A stretch of 64,000 nt of DNA from positions 558,001 through 622,000 of the forward strand of contig MU057711.1 in NCBI GenBank assembly GCA_013265495.1. The letters are read 5' to 3'. This stretch comes from Vicugna vicugna (taxonomy: Eukaryota). Positions 1 to 14,499 of the stretch are shown piece after piece. The translations under genes and the position numbers were made by a program. Below the pieces are notes generated by a model, which searched no databases, was not told the DNA's origin, and worked only from the letters and a program-made list of their open reading frames with translations. Each line of letters begins with the position of its first letter. Position 1 is the first letter of the stretch.

Positions 1-75
1 ATAAAAAACATTGAATGACTGTGCTGTACACCTGCAAATAATATAATAAAATTAAATTAAATTAAAAAATTAAAA
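1..75 (+). mobile_element. L1 3' end and A-rich tail, cut by window edge
   Basis: tgaatgactgtgctgtacacctg followed by A-rich tail, resembling the other L1 3' ends here. Confidence 0.55.
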
Positions 76-2779
76 GCCCACTTGAGTATTTCCTAAGGAT
101 TTTGCACAATTAATATTGGATACAGACAACCTAGACAAGACCAATATGATCTAATGTATCTTATTTCTCTTTTAAGATGCAGAAACAAGAAGCTTCAAGC
201 TCACAGAACACTATGTTTCCCAGTAGGAAATCTGTATTTTCTTTTTGTTCTCTAAAGTAATTTTCACTGTGCTATAAGTTCTTTGGCAAAGAAGGAAAAA
301 TTTGGAGGCCACATTCTGGATAATCTTGGTCAAAGAATTTCCCTTGAATGATTTAGATAACTGGACCTGGGGTAAGTGTTTCTCTGAATTATTCATATAA
401 GATCCTCAGTTCTCTATTTTTTAGGCATAGATTTAGGTCCAGTCCACTGGGTTCTTTATTGAGGTCATCATTGTTTTGTCTGCCCCACATCCTCTTTCTG
501 AGTATATTGCCCTTTATCCTGCATTAATAACCAAGGCTGACCCCAGTTCTCTGCTTCCATGGCTACAGGGGTGGGTCCACACCCCAGGGCCATTTGGAGT
601 TCTTCCCTGGGATAATTTTGAACTGGAGCTGAAGTAAAAATGTGGCTTTTCAATATGAAAGGGGACTCAATTTCAACCATGTTGTTTACCACAGATCAGA
701 AAGAATGAAACTAACACAGAGAAAGAGGCCAAGAAAAAAGATAAAAAAACAAAAAACAAAAGTCTTATCCTTGGTTCCAGTTGTCCCTTAACCTGGCTGC
801 ACCCTTGCTCTTAACACAGCAGCATGAACCAGTACTCCCCTCTTTTGAACCAGGATGATTCTGTCACTTGCAATCAGAACATTGTCACGTACAACCCTTC
901 AAATGTATACAAACTATTTTGGGGAATCACATTTCTCAAAGGGCCAGAGGCCCACGGCAGGCTAAGGATCCGTTTTCTAGACTCTGGTGGGCTATTTGCC
1001 TTATCTTGCTCCTGTGTTTTTGGTCCTTGGGTTCTTCACCCAGAGATCAGCCCTACAAACCCACAGTATGTAACAAAGCCAGGGGTCATTGCTTATGGAA
1101 GAATGTTCTGGAAGGGGCCTGCTCCTGGAAGAAGGAGCCATGGGGAGTGTGAGGAGTTCCTTGTTGGCAGGGAATGAGAGCCATCTGGACTGTATGCGAG
1201 GCACCCTTGCAGAGCATGGATTCTAGAAGCAGGCTGTCTGAATTTGGATTCCAGCTTGTCCTCAAACTGACTCTATAACCTTACACAATTTTCTTACCTT
1301 CTCTGTGGTCTGGTTCCCTCAACTGTAAAATGGGGATGCCTATAACCACCAGATGCTCTAGACATCATCTTACCAGCTAAAGAACAAACAGAAAGGCTTT
1401 TCCCCCATAATTCGAATAAAAGTCTCAGAAATGAGTCTGGTGGGCAATTCTGGAGTCATATGCTCTTTTATGAATCAGTCAGAGGAATGAAACAGTCTGA
1501 ATGTTTGGCCTTGAGTCAGGTGACCATCTGTGAGCTTTAAGAAGGGGCAGTGCTAAGAATCCACACAATCTGAGAGTGGAGGAAGGGTTGTTCTTCAAAG
1601 GAAATCAAGTTTCCTTGAGTAGCATAAAGGAAAATGGACACAGCTCCCCTGTGGTGGACTGTGAGTCTCCTGAGGTTGGAGATCACAGATCATGCATTTC
1701 TAAGCACAATCTTATGCACTGTGGGCACATAGTAGGTGCTCAATAAGTAACTTTCCCTTTATCCTGGCTATTAGTAAGCCTGATTAATAAAGAAAACTCT
1801 GATTCTCAATGTTATGATTCAAGGCAGAAATATCTTATGATCAGAAATATAGCATAAGCACTTAAAAACCTTTCTCTGACTTTATTCAAAGTTGTGAATG
1901 GTGTTCAGTAGCCTTAGACTCAGACTTTGAGCAGCAGATCCCAAGATGTCTTTGGAAATCCAGATGGAGCTTTTAAATACATGGGAGACAGACCTGGCCC
2001 AGTGCTGTTAGTTTAAATAGAGCTTTATGTGGACACCATGTAAATTTCTCTGGGGACCCCTGTGGGGACACTGCTGCAGTGGATTTATGGCCCTGGCCAG
2101 CCTGGGGTGTAAACCTCTCAGGACATAGTTGAGTTTTGCTCTTCAGATAATATGCTGTGGAAAAGAAGTGTTTGCCTGCCTGTAAATCTGCTCAGCCCAA
2201 ATGCCGAGACAATTCTTTAAAGGCAAGATAATCTGACCAATATAATAACACAGATAGAGCCCGCCTGGTTAAATGTCACGAAACTGGGGAATTAGGATAA
2301 GAACAAGAATCAGGAGAAAACCTCCATCTCCTCGCCAGCAGCTCCAAGGCTGTTCCAGACAGGGAGTCAGCTGAGCTGGCCGGCTCGGGGCAGGAGAGCA
2401 GGTGACCAGGTGCCTTGGATTCCTCCATCAGGGGTGAATCTGGGGTGGCGGGCCTTTAAAAGATTTTGGTCTTTAGCTTTTTTTTTTTTTTTTAATAAAA
2501 AAACACCATTGGGAAGAATCACACTTGAATAATCTTTTGTTGGAAAGTGACAGAGAGTGAGACGGAGAGAGGATACGTGTGCCTGATACCGTGCAGATGG
2601 TTATGTCATTATCTCTTGTCACTAGTGAAAAAGGAAGCTCTAGAGAAGGGGGTGCTTCCTGGAAAGACTCGTTGCAGTGAGTGGGTGGGAGCAAAACAGT
2701 GCCTCACTGGCTACGTGGACGTCTGGTGGAGGAAGAGGAAGCAAACGGCATGCTGGTAAATACCTCTGCTCTACCTGCC

Positions 2780-3305
2780 CAGCATCACTGGCCCTTTCTG
2801 CCGGGAACTCCTTGAGCTCTTTACCCATGGGTTCTGTCTTGATCTTACGTGCCCCTCCTCTAGCCAGAGCTGATTGGTCAGAGGAGGGCAACTGAACTAA
2901 GCTGGGCCAATGATAGTGTCCCTACCTTCCTGGCCACGGCTGATTAGTCCAGGAATGAGTCTCTGGTCCTTGATTCAATAAGCCTCTTCCCTAGGAATGT
3001 ATATTAGAACCACAGAAGTCCAGTGTCTCTCTGCTGGGTGAACTTTGATGTGGAGCTGCTGGTAGCCTCTTTCTCAGCCATTTACCTGTCTCCCCTTTGC
3101 AAAGAGCGGGAGTGAAGCTGAGGTGTAGAAGGGAGCAAGGATACAGGAGTTTGGTTGCATTTGAGGCCTGGCCTCCATCTGGTCCCGCGGTCCATCCCTG
3201 ACTTTCTGTGGCTGACTGCCCAACCTTTCCTTGGATTCCTTCGAGCCTATAAATTTCTTCATTGCTTTGGCAGGTGCCAGTGGCTCCTGTTTCTTATGGC
3301 TAAAA
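2780..3305 (+). mobile_element. Old MLT1(K/L)-like LTR remnant
   Basis: tgattggtc...ctaagctgggccaat...cctggccacggctgattagtccagg...ggagctgctggtagcc. Confidence 0.5.
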
Positions 3306-3307
3306 GG

Positions 3308-3455
3308 CTAATGGGTACAGAGTTTCAGTTTTACAAGATGAAAAGAGTTCTGGGGATTGGTTGCACGACCATGTGAATGTACTTATTACTACTGAAGTCT
3401 GCACTTAAAAATGGCTAGGAAGGTACATTTTGCTGTGTGTCTCTTACCACCATTT
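3308..3455 (+). mobile_element. L1MB-like 3' UTR fragment
   Basis: aatgggtacagagtttcagtttt...gatgaaaagagttctgg...gtgaatgtactt...cacttaaaaatgg. Confidence 0.75.
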
Positions 3456-6400
3456 TTTTTTTATGGCCTTGAGAAGAACAGAACATACCTCCTCAAAATC
3501 AGTTCTTTTCTTGATACCAGCTTTGTGGTTGAGCTTGAAACTCTTCACCCCAGTCTGACTCTAGATCCCATCGCTGGTCACCCCTGCTTTGTGTGACCTC
3601 ATTTTAATAACATGGGGTCTTATTAGGCCAAGGTCGAACAAGTAATTTGGAAAATACCTTGGCTCTCTCAGAACCATGTTCATTCTATTTCTTCCAAAGC
3701 CGTGTAGAAACCACAGGGGGTCCTCCCGCAGCCTTGCAGCCACCGTCCACGAGCACAGATAACCAACAGTCACCTAATAAGGTGCACACATGTGTGGGTG
3801 GGGGGCGCTTCAGTCTGGGCGTGGGTCTCACAAAGAGCAAGAAGAGGAGGCTTTGATCACAGCTCAATTTTAAAATCCTTTTGTGTGGCTGCGGGGAGTG
3901 ACTTCTAATGGACACACTCTAGTCCCCTGTCCAGCCACAGTCTCCTGAACAAGTCAGCTGAGCGAGGGTGGTAAGGGAGATAGGCCAGTGCATCGTCCCA
4001 CTTTGGGGAGCTTCTCTCCAAGGGCTTAGCCAGAGGCAAAGCAATCCACAAAGACAGGATTTCAATACGGAAAACTCGAGCTGATTTCCATTTGCTGTGT
4101 TGAAAAGACCTGTCAATCACAAATACACAGCTTTGTTTTCCAGACACCAAAATATTTGGTGTGTATTTGTGTGTATAATGTTCTTATCCACAAACTGAGA
4201 GATCCCTTTCTTCTTCAAAATATGCTATTAAAGATATAAAAATCTTCAAAACATTGAAAGGAAATTGACTTGTAGAGATGAAAAACCACGCCTACCCTGC
4301 CTCCCACCAAGAGGTGAAAAAGATTTTTATAAAATATATTGTGGAGAAGGTGACTTTGAGTCTTAAGAGACATGGAAGAAGCAACGGGGGTGGGGGTAAT
4401 AGACTTGCCTACTGAAACACATTTCTGAGTGAAATGCAGAAGGAGTTTTAAAGTGCAAAGTAAAAATTTTAAAGTCCGTTGGCTTTAAATCTACACACGT
4501 GTGTGTGTATGAATGTCCTGATGAGGTAGCTCACTGCCTGTGCTGTTTCTTAACATTCTGGGCAGCAGCAAGATGATTTGATTTGACCAAATATGAGATG
4601 CTGTTAATAAAAGCAGCATTGAAATAAATCACCATCCTGCAAACGCTGGCTGCTGGACTTCGAGGGAAGGCGAGAATCTTGAGTGTGTGGCGTGAAAAAA
4701 AATGCCAGCAGTTCCCTTTGAGCATCTGGGCTGGGATGCTGTGGTAGAACCACTGGCTCTCTCTGCCGGAACCAACTGTCCTGCTGGTGTCAAGTTTGCT
4801 TGGCACTCCTCTCGGTGCTGTGACCAGCCCCTACCCCAGCCTTGCTCCTCTTCTTCTTTTTCTTTTTCTTTTTTTCTATTTCAAGGACACCTACATACAT
4901 TGGAGTTCATCTGTAACTACTTCTGGGAAAATGTGATTCACCTTTTCAAATGAGCCAATTGCTCTGGAAGAAGTTTCTGAAGGCTCAGAAAAATTGAGAG
5001 AAATCCATCTTCTGCTTTCTAATAAAATCCTGGAAATGAGCAAAGTTATGAAATGGACAGGGAATGTCTCAGGCACTTCAGCCCATAACTCCGTTGGCAT
5101 TGCCCTCCTATGACCATCCTAGTTTACTTCCCTGCAGCCCGTCCAGGCACTCTCTGACCCTTGGACCTTCTCTCCATCCCTCAGAGGCCTCTCATTTCTA
5201 GGGAGTAACAGGTGATAATGGTTTAGTCACCGGATAACAAACCCTAGTCAGTTAACTTTCAAGGGAAGAAGTCTGTAATTTAGTTAGAACATAAATTTTT
5301 AGTAGGTCCTTGCAGTCCAGTTGGGCATCTTAGAGGGGATGGAGAACACAGCAGGTGTCCAGTGACCGGGGGTGGTTGGGAGGCCCCTGGTGATGTGGCA
5401 CTGTCTCTGTGGCCTGCTACTAGGCTTAAGTCCTGATGTTTGACTCACTGCCTTCTCTCCAGGCCATGGTGATTCTCTTTTCTGCTCATGAGTTTGCTGA
5501 AAACAAAAGTAATTGCCTGGTATTTAAACAAGGCAAGCATTATTACCTCTAAAATGATAGCAGAGAGCAGAAACAAAGGGCCCATCAACCGAGAGGGCTC
5601 CCAGCTGGTGGGTTCCCCCTGACATCTCCCCACTTACTGTGTCTAGACTTTGCCAGCATGGAGCTAGCCTACCAGAACGAAGCTGAGGAAAAGAAGTTCT
5701 GAATATGCATTTTGATGCTGAGGTGACATACAGATAGATTCTGTTATATTGACAATCGATACCATTTTCAAGGGTGTGAGTTTATATGAAAAACTGTAAA
5801 GCTGTCATTCAAAATGACCCCTGATTATTGGTCAGGTAAAGTGGGTGCTATGACAGTTCTTACAATCACTAGATCCAAGAAGGGGATGATGCAGTTGGCT
5901 CCTGTCTGTCTTTTAGGTAGCTGGGAAGGTCTGAGATTGGCAGCTGACGTTGCTAAATTACTTGATACAACACAAAGATGCGGAGGAGAGCAGATTGTTA
6001 AATTTAACACAACAACAAAATCCCCCAAATTATTCAAGGAATTATATAGCTGCTCTATTTGTTGAGATATTCCCCAATATTTCTCCAGACCAAGATCCAA
6101 CTCTATTTCCTTTGGTTACACAGTTACTGGAGGAACACACGCCAGCCTTGTGTGTGCCCACATTTGTAGGTGAGTCTGAGCCTTCAGAACAGACTTTGGT
6201 GGGCAATGAGAAGCACACAAAGTGTATTATACATCAGTGCCAACAAGTGTGCTTGTGCGTTCACATCTGTGCGTGTGTGTGCTTGTGCGCTCATTTCTGC
6301 TTGATGCTGTGTACTGGAGAGACTATAAAAACTTGATGAAAAGCAGATTGAAGGCAGCATGGAATTGCTCCATTTCCCAGCAGTGCTGAACACCTGCTGT

Positions 6401-6927
6401 TCCCAGAAAGGCTCCAAGGCACCACGCTGTTCCACACGCCTCCGTTTTTGCAGCCATGTCTGAGCTGGACTGTCCTCTTCTAGTCATCACTCAAGGTTAA
6501 GCATCCCTTACAAAGCCTTCCTTGACTGTAAACAGGCAGTTAGCCATTTCCCCCATGGTGTCCACTCTACTTTGCATTCCCTTATGATAGAACGTCAGAC
6601 TTCACAACTGCTATTTATTTACAGGTTTCTCTTCCCAACGCAATTAGAGCAGGGATTATACCAGACAAGAGATGCTCCTGTGGCCCCGGGTCCACACTGT
6701 GCAGAGCATGGAGGCACTCAGCTGTGAGGAAAGCTCTGACACAGGATGGCTACCGACCCCAGGCACCCATCTGCGGGTCACCATTGAGGGCGTGACTGTA
6801 CTATCATAACAGAAGTGACCAGGACACTTCTGGCATCTTATGGAAACTTCTAAGGGCTTCCCAGCAAGGTCTCAGATCAAAGGAGAGAATCGGATTGTTT
6901 CAGAGTTCCTTTGAAGAAGAATTTTTA

Positions 6928-7118
6928 GGGTAGAGCTCAGTGGTAGAGCACATTGTGCCTAGTATGCGTAAGGTCCTGGGTTCAATCCCTAGTACCACCA
7001 TTAGATAGATAGATAGATAGGTAGATAGATAGATAGATAAGCCTAATTACTTATTGCTTCCCCCCACCCCTCAAAAAATAAAACAAGACTGCTTTTAAAG
7101 AGTCATTTAAAAAAAAAG
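6928..7118 (+). mobile_element. tRNA-derived SINE (vic-1-like) with internal (TAGA)n
   Basis: A box (agctcagtgg), B box (ggttcaatcc), (TAGA)n ~7002-7038, cctaattac...C-run, A-rich tail. Confidence 0.85.
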
Positions 7119-9079
7119 AATAGTTTTGATGTTACAGAAGAGTTTTAGAAAATGAGATTTCTTTCCAGGTAGAATTGATTTTCTTATGTTATTTACATCT
7201 GAGACAGAAGCTTTTAATTTTGCAGCTCATCTTAGTTTTTGTCATTCATTCCTTTACTCATCTGGCTAATGTTTATTGGGCACCTGGACTGCCACTCCAA
7301 AATTACCTCATGCGCCTGAACGTGACACAAAACTCTTTACGCAGACAGAGTGTTGTAAGGTGGGGTTTAGACGTTTTGGAAATAAAGCCACTGTATTTAT
7401 TCACCTGTGGCAGTGGCCTCCCTCCCCAAATTAGTCTTCCTCTAGAAGCCCAGAGACCCTGATGATGGAGTTTACAGCAAGCTTACCAGCTATTTCTGCG
7501 AACACCTGTCTCCATGTAAAGGGAGAAAGACAAAACACAGTGGGTCCTGAGAAAGGAAAAAAAAATCAGTCAATATTTATTGAACATTTACTACATGCTT
7601 GACACAAAGAAGACACAAGGAGAAACAAAGTCGTGACCTCCAGCCTCCTTGCTCTAGTCTTCCCGGAGTGACCAGACTAACACGTGGGATATAATTACAG
7701 ACAACTGAAGACAGTTCATCCTCTCTGTCAGCATCTCCTAAACTCCTCCTGTAGGACTGGAGCTGCTGGAGACCCGGGAAACACAGGTATAAAGTTTCGG
7801 CCCCTGTCCTCAGGGGCTCCTGGTCTGAGGGCATCTCCACATGACAGATAAGCTGAAGTAGTGGAGAGTCATGGTTGCCCAAGTGAAGCAAATGATAAGG
7901 CAACTGGAGGACCAGGCAGTGGTTCAGAGAGGATGATGTGGGAGGCGTGAGTTCCCCAGGGAAGAGCTGGAGCAATGAACTGCTACTGAGATATTCTCAT
8001 GAGGTGTTCTAATTAGCACACATGTTAGTACTAAGAGTGAGTCTGAAGGACAGAGAAGAGCTTCAAACTTTGCCAAGCCCCCATTCGCTTCTAAGATGCA
8101 TCGTAAGCCGAAATGACTCTGAAGGACTTGTGTATACATGAAGGTTTTTCTTTGTTGCTTCCTTTCCCATCCAATTACTCTTTCATTCAAAGAGCTATAT
8201 TGAAGTGGGAGGTGCCAGGCAGGGTTCTAAGGACCGAGGATACAGTGGTACACAAGAAAAAGTCCTTGCCTTCTGGAAGTTTTTATACTGGTGGGGAAGC
8301 AAATAATCAGGATTATATCAGCCTTTGACAAGTGATATTATGGATGAAGGATGAAGGCGTGACGTGACTGGGAGGAGATCGGTGACAAAGAAGTCCCCTG
8401 GTGATGCTTGAGCTGAGACCTGGAAGGTAAGGATGGAGCCATAGGAAGGGTTGGTGGGTGGAGGAGAGAATCTTTTAGGCTAATGGAGTAGGAAATATCC
8501 ATTAAACAAATGTGCCTTCAGGCCTTGATCCACTTACAGCCCCTCTGTAAAAGGACTTGACCAACAGTCAGGGCGGACTGGAGCGGGCTGCTCCATCAGA
8601 GCAGAGACTTACATGGTACTCCTGGCACACGTCCATAGCAGATAGGAGGGGAGGTGGTCTCATCATGTTTCCTGACCCCAGGACTGAGGCTGATGGAGTA
8701 GCCTGCTTCTTAATGCTGGTTCTCATGACAGAGGGCAAGGGAGGAGGAGGGAATGTGATCAATCACACACTGGCCCTCACAGCCTTCCCCTGAAGAGGCC
8801 AGACATTTTGTTGCCCAGAGTGTCTCAGGTGCACATCTAACTCTAAGGGGGCAGTGCCATGCAATCCTGCATTGTGTCAGGAGAACAGAGATGTTTCCTG
8901 AACAGTACTAATGACCACCTCATGTGGAAAAGTAGTGAATTTACATTTCTCCCTTACCTGACACATGAAATCAAGAATTTAAGCTTTGGAAGTTGGTCAG
9001 TGAGCTCCAGGAAATTTGGCAGGGTGTCCTCGAGTTCCCTGAACAAAGGAGCAAGGCTGGCTTCTGCTATTAGCATCCC

Positions 9080-9432
9080 TGTCTCAGCCTGCTCAGGCTG
9101 CTGTCACAGACTACCACACACTGGGAGGTGTAAACACCAGAAACTTATTTCTTCCAGTCCTGGAGGTCGGGAAGTTCAAGGTCCTGGTTTGTAGATGGCC
9201 GCATTCTGTCTGGGTGCTCACATGGCCTTTCCTCGGTAAGTGCTCATGGAGAGAGAAGGAGCTCTGTCTCCTAGTCTTCTTGTAAGAGGAGATAATCACA
9301 TGGTGACAGCACCACCCTCACGCACTCATCTAAACCTAATGACCTCTTAAAGGCGCAGCCTCCAAATACCATCCCATTGAGGGTCAGGGCTTCAACATGA
9401 GAATTTGAATGGGGGACATGAGTCCATCATAG
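9080..9432 (-). mobile_element. MLT1A-like MaLR LTR
   Basis: tgctcaggctgct...ctgggaggtgtaaaca...ctcatctaaacctaatgacctc...cctccaaataccatc...agggcttcaacat. Confidence 0.78.
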
Positions 9433-10614
9433 TCCCTGCCTGTCATGTGGCTTTTCAGAGCCGTCTTTCTATCTGAACACTCTCTACTTCCCCTGAAATG
9501 TAGAATACCAGAGGCAATGAAATCTCTTAAAATTCTGCAGCCAAGCAAATGTGCCTGAATTTCTATTTCCTTAGGACTCTAGGAGCCACAGAGGGAGATA
9601 GGTCCTAGGAGCCAAAGTACCCATGAGATTACATGGAAATTCAGAGGAAGGTGGGTCCACGAGGGACGAAGTAAATACCTATAGAGGGAATCACTGAGCT
9701 CTTCCTCTAGGCTCAGAGTCAGAGGTGTGAGAGGAAAGAGGTCTGGCATCAGAGACCTCTCTGAAGCTGCCATCCCTCTGCGACAAAAAAACTGAATGAG
9801 ATATGCTTCGCCTCCCTGACTCTCAGTTCCCTGAATCACATGCTTCAAAATTCTCAAAGACCTGCCCAGAAAAGCCTCTGGGCTCTTATGTACCTGGGCT
9901 GGGGCCGTAAGGAGAGCACAGAAAGACGGTGGGAAAATGCCGGGAGAAGGGTGGGCAGACCGGGACGATGAAAGATTTGAAGCACTTCTGATGAAAGAGC
10001 CTGAGTAAGGCGACTGTGAGGAGAAGTGGACAAGAGACACAGAAAGCGGAGGGAATGAGGCAGTGCAAGGGTGGGTCAGGAGGAAAGCAGGGATCAAAAC
10101 AGCCATGTGTCCCACCCAGTGGTGCAGACGGGGACCTGGCTGCGACCAGCTTGGCACAGCTGCCACTGGCTGGCTGCTTCCCCCGGGGGAGAAGAGAAAC
10201 TGAGTCACATCCATGCCTTATATAGCTGGGCTCTCGAAGTGGTGCAGGATTTGGCTGTGAGTGGCTGGTCGCTGTTTCTCTGCATATCCCAGAGGGGAGG
10301 GTTAAGAACAGCGGCTGTTTTTCCTCTCCAGCACCCACCCCCTCTTCTGCTCATGGCCCCTGAGTTTCATTTGGGGACTTTCCTTACCAATGCTTAGCTT
10401 CTTCCCCCCATTACATGGTGCCAAATTTGGGCACATGAGCCAGGTTTGGCCAATGTGAATAAAACATTATGATTCAATAATCAGTTTGGGCGTTGACATC
10501 GGACCCAAACTGGACAATCACACTAACAAACCTCTTCTGGCAGCAAGCTCACTTTCTGCCCAACCTTCTCTGATTACACTCATTTAGCTTCTTCAGAAAG
10601 CTACAGCTCAAATC

Positions 10615-10822
10615 TAGCATCCTGATGTGTGATCTGAATGCCAGCTCTGCTATTTACTATGTGTGAGACCCTGAGTAATCTTCTCAAGCTCTCAGTGCTT
10701 ACTTCCTCATCTGTAAAATGGTGATAATAATATTTATCTCATCAGGTTGCTGGCAAAATTAAATGCATCAATAGATGTCAATTGTTTAGAATGAAGCCTA
10801 GCACGTAGTAAGCTCTCAGTCA
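10615..10822 (+). mobile_element. MIR SINE
   Basis: ccagctctgctatttact...ttcctcatctgtaaaatggtgataata. Similar cores at ~1210-1345, 11960-12150, 13790-14030, 15500-15670, 47480-47600 and 62610-62820 (+) and ~25270-25470, 30950-31100 (-). Confidence 0.75.
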
Positions 10823-12389
10823 GCAGCGGCCAGCTCGTCCCCTCCCTTATCCCATAGGCTGACGCAGCAAGAGATGCAAATCCTTTGCCACTGTCACGTG
10901 GTCTCTCCTTGCTGAGCCTCTGCTTACAATACTGGACTTTCCTCCCACACCTCCTGTTACCTTGAAAGCTTGCAAAGGGCAGAGTGTTGATGTGTGGGAC
11001 CAGATCCCAGGGTGCAGCCAGCCATGGCCCTGGGGAGGAGAGCAGAGCAGCCCAGCCTTCCTGGCAGCAGAAAAATCATGGGCTCTGAAGGGGCATAGCA
11101 GCTGTGGGCTGGCAGTCTGCGGGAAGGGGTTTTTTCAACTGGACATTGAACAGCTTCAAATAGGACAGAGCATCGGTCCTTTCATCCTCTGAAACTTCTC
11201 CCAGGGGCTTGGAACCATGTTTAAAAGTTTATTTCTGAATCTATTGCATGCATAGTAATTGAATTATACACCCCTGAATTATACACTCTAACTAAAGTTG
11301 CCTCCTCTTCATTTTATTTTCTGAAGTCTTAAATTGTCCTTACAAAAAAAAAGACAAAAGACAAAAGGTTGAACTTGTAGGGGAGAATAAGCTAAGAAAC
11401 TCTGATGTCTCTAATACTCCACTTGCTGGGGCCATTCCTGCAGTGATGATGCCATTTGCCTTGGCCATGTGGCAGGGTAGCCTTCCAAATGCCCAGGATT
11501 CATTTTCCATCCCTTCATGTCAGAACACACAGTCCTTTCTTCATGGACCCTCCACTCAGCTTGTTACCATGGAAACTGCTGCCTGTGTCAGAGCACCTCT
11601 GAGAGGGTAGGAAGGAGACAGGAGCTGCTGCCATAGCAACACACATCTCCACAGAGGCGGCCCACACTCGGCGCTATCTTCATTCCAAAGAGGGAAGAGT
11701 GGTCAGAGGGGATGCCTGAGTGGTTCCCCTGAGTTGGCTGCCAAGTGGGAACTCAAATAACTGATCCTTATCAGCAATTTAGGCAGCTCTGCTTGCAAAG
11801 AAAGAATCAGGAAAGTTCATTTGAAGTCCTGAGAGGACCATAGGGACCAGAACCATTTGAAACCAACCGGTGAGGCCACTTGCCATTGTTGAAGAAGTTA
11901 AAGTATTCATCCTAACGTTTCCACTAGCATTGTACTTACATGACTAATGTACATAGTCTCACAGTTAGGAGTAGGCTCAGGGGCCAGATGCTCTGGAATC
12001 AAATACTGGTTCTGTCACTTACCAGCTATGTGACCTTGGATAAATCAACATCTCTGCACCTCAATTTTCTTCTCTGTAAGATGATAATGGCAGTCCCTGC
12101 CTCACAGGGTTGCCATGAGAGCTAGGTCACCAAGTTTATGAAGAGCTCTAAATGCCATCAGACAATAATTCCCCAGGACACATTCACTCTTATGATCATC
12201 ACTAGTAATGATGCCGTACCTATGAGGGTTTCACTGGTGCGAAGCATGTGCTAAGTGCTTTACTTGCAGAATGGCCTTTAGTCCTTACAGTAACCCCAGA
12301 GAGGGTGATGTTGCTACCCTGCACTAGTGCACAGACCCTGAGCCCAGGCCTTGTGAGGCCAGGCCTGTCCTCTCCATCTCTCTAGAGCC

Positions 12390-12628
12390 TGCATTCTCTA
12401 TGGAGCAGAAGCATACCCAAGAGGGTAAAAATTGGCTTCTGGGTGAGTGGGGGTTGAAAAAACCTTACTCTTTTTATGTATAAGCAGAATTACATACAGT
12501 ACATAAGCAGACATGCAGTGTGTGTATCTGTGGTACTGACATTTCACAGGTGGGTTGAAGGTAAAGAGGGAAAAATGTCTAAAAGGGACTTTTAGGAAGG
12601 TGATAATGGAACACTGTTGAGAAATCAG
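12390..12628 (-). mobile_element. MER112-like hAT element
   Basis: gcattctc...aaaaattgg...cttactctttttatgtataa...tatctgtggta...aaaaatgtctaaaag...tgataatg...gttgagaa. Confidence 0.6.
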
Positions 12629-14499
12629 AATCAGAAATCAGAGATGGGAAGTTTTGGGAAACTAAACTGAGCCAAATCCAACCCCAGCCCACACCCTCCA
12701 ACTGGTTATCAAGGCCAGAACTTCCAAATCATCGTCCTTTCATGTTACCCAGGTGTCAAAAGCTAGCAGGGAAACCACACCTTCCACAAAGACCTTGGAA
12801 GAAATGAGCCCAACATTCAAGAAATTGCTTTGAGCTTGTGAGAAGCAAGACCCCACGTAAACCCATAGGACTGTTGTGACTTTTGCACTGATGGTGGAGA
12901 TTGCTGTGGGGAATCAAGTCCCAAAGCTCTTCTCTGACCTGTGAAAGGACAGCTGAGCAAAGGCCTGGCCTGAGGGGCAGTGGAAGGGGAGCTTGGACGG
13001 GTGGTGAGCCAGCGGACTCTGCCCCAGTCTTCCCGGGGAGCTGAGAGCCAGCTGCTGGGATGGGCACATTTGCTCCAGCCCTGGCTAGCCCTTGGACGTC
13101 TGGGAAAAGGCTGACAGGGCCAAATCCTCCTGGAAACATTTCCCAAAGGACCAGGAGCTTTTCTATCCCTGTCACCTAAGAACTAACCTCTGGGCATGGG
13201 GCTTCTCATTGGAGGAAATTGTGCCCTGAGGGCTGACAGGTGGCAGCAGCCACAGGCAGTGAGATGAGAAACTACCTCGGAGCCTGTGATGACAGTCCCA
13301 TGACCCCTCCCCCTCCACCTGCCCCTGGATATGTGAACAAAACCACTCAGCAAGAGTAAAAATTAGCCTGAATGTTGCTGATGTGTCACATTTTAGAATT
13401 TGCTAAGCAATTTCGCATCCATCAGAGTCAGGAGAAATCATTACCATTAAAAATGATTATAATTAGGAAAAATAGGAAAAAGAGAGGACAAAACCCAACC
13501 AGCATGTTCCCAGAGGGACCTCATAGCCCAGACTGTTTTCAGTTGTGACCAAACTTAAGTACAACTTACACTGTAAACAGGTATGTGCATACATGTTTGT
13601 GTGGAATTGAAATAAAGTGTCAAGAAATCATACTTGTCCTTAATATAGATGATGCACTTTGAGGTTCCCAACTGGAGCTTAGTTTTTAAAAGTGCATGAC
13701 TCACTAAAATGACTTTCTGGGTCACAAGCCAAGATTTGAAGAATGCTGTTGAAGATCACATGTTACTCTTTAAAACAGTAACGCACAGATGTTAAGAACC
13801 TGGGTTCTGGAGCCAGATACCCTCGGTCCAAGCTCAAGATTACCAGTCACTGCCGTGGAGAATTCAGCCAAGTGAGTGTGCTTCTCAAATCCTCATTTCC
13901 TTACTAGCAAGGTGGGAGTAATGTTTGTAGCACCAGCCCCCAAGAACTGCTTTGGAATTACGTGAAATCGTGCTTATAAGGTACTTAACACAGTGCTTAA
14001 CATGGTGTAGCAAGTGGCTGCTAAATGGTAAGTATCATCATTATTATTGTCGCTACTATCATGGTTGTTGCTGCTTTTAAAGAATGTAGAAGGAAGCGTG
14101 TGCACCGGTGTCGGCACTTGGGAGTTCAAGCCTGGATAAAGCGGCTGTGGAAATGAAGCCAGGCTCAGAAAGAGGAGGATGAGCCCTAGTGAAGCAAGAA
14201 AAGGGGAGGGCAGAGGGCAGGGAGCAAGGTGGGGAGACCTTCATATGGATTGGAAGGCGGATCCAAGGCTGGGTGTGTGTGTTGGGGTGGGGGATATCCT
14301 CAAATACAGAATATTTTTCTCTCTTTGCAAAAGCCCAGGGCTTATTTGTTTTTAGACCACAATCAGTTGCAACATGAATTCTGGAAGAGAATGCAGTGGC
14401 CCCGGCAAACTTGGAAGCTTTGTGGTGCGCTAATCAAAAGTGATACAGTTGGTTTCCCGACTGCCAGCTACTGTCCAAGCATGATCTTAATACGGGTCT

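Noticed and set aside
9579..10214. Longest ORF (211 aa, minus strand)
   Set aside because: No recognisable domain, Ser/Pro/Leu-rich antisense of purine-rich DNA, non-ATG start; probably chance.
11260..11289. 15-bp doublet tgaattatacacYcY (also the 14-bp-period doublet aaatggaaactg at ~42881-42906)
   Set aside because: Ordinary slippage micro-duplications with no sign of function.
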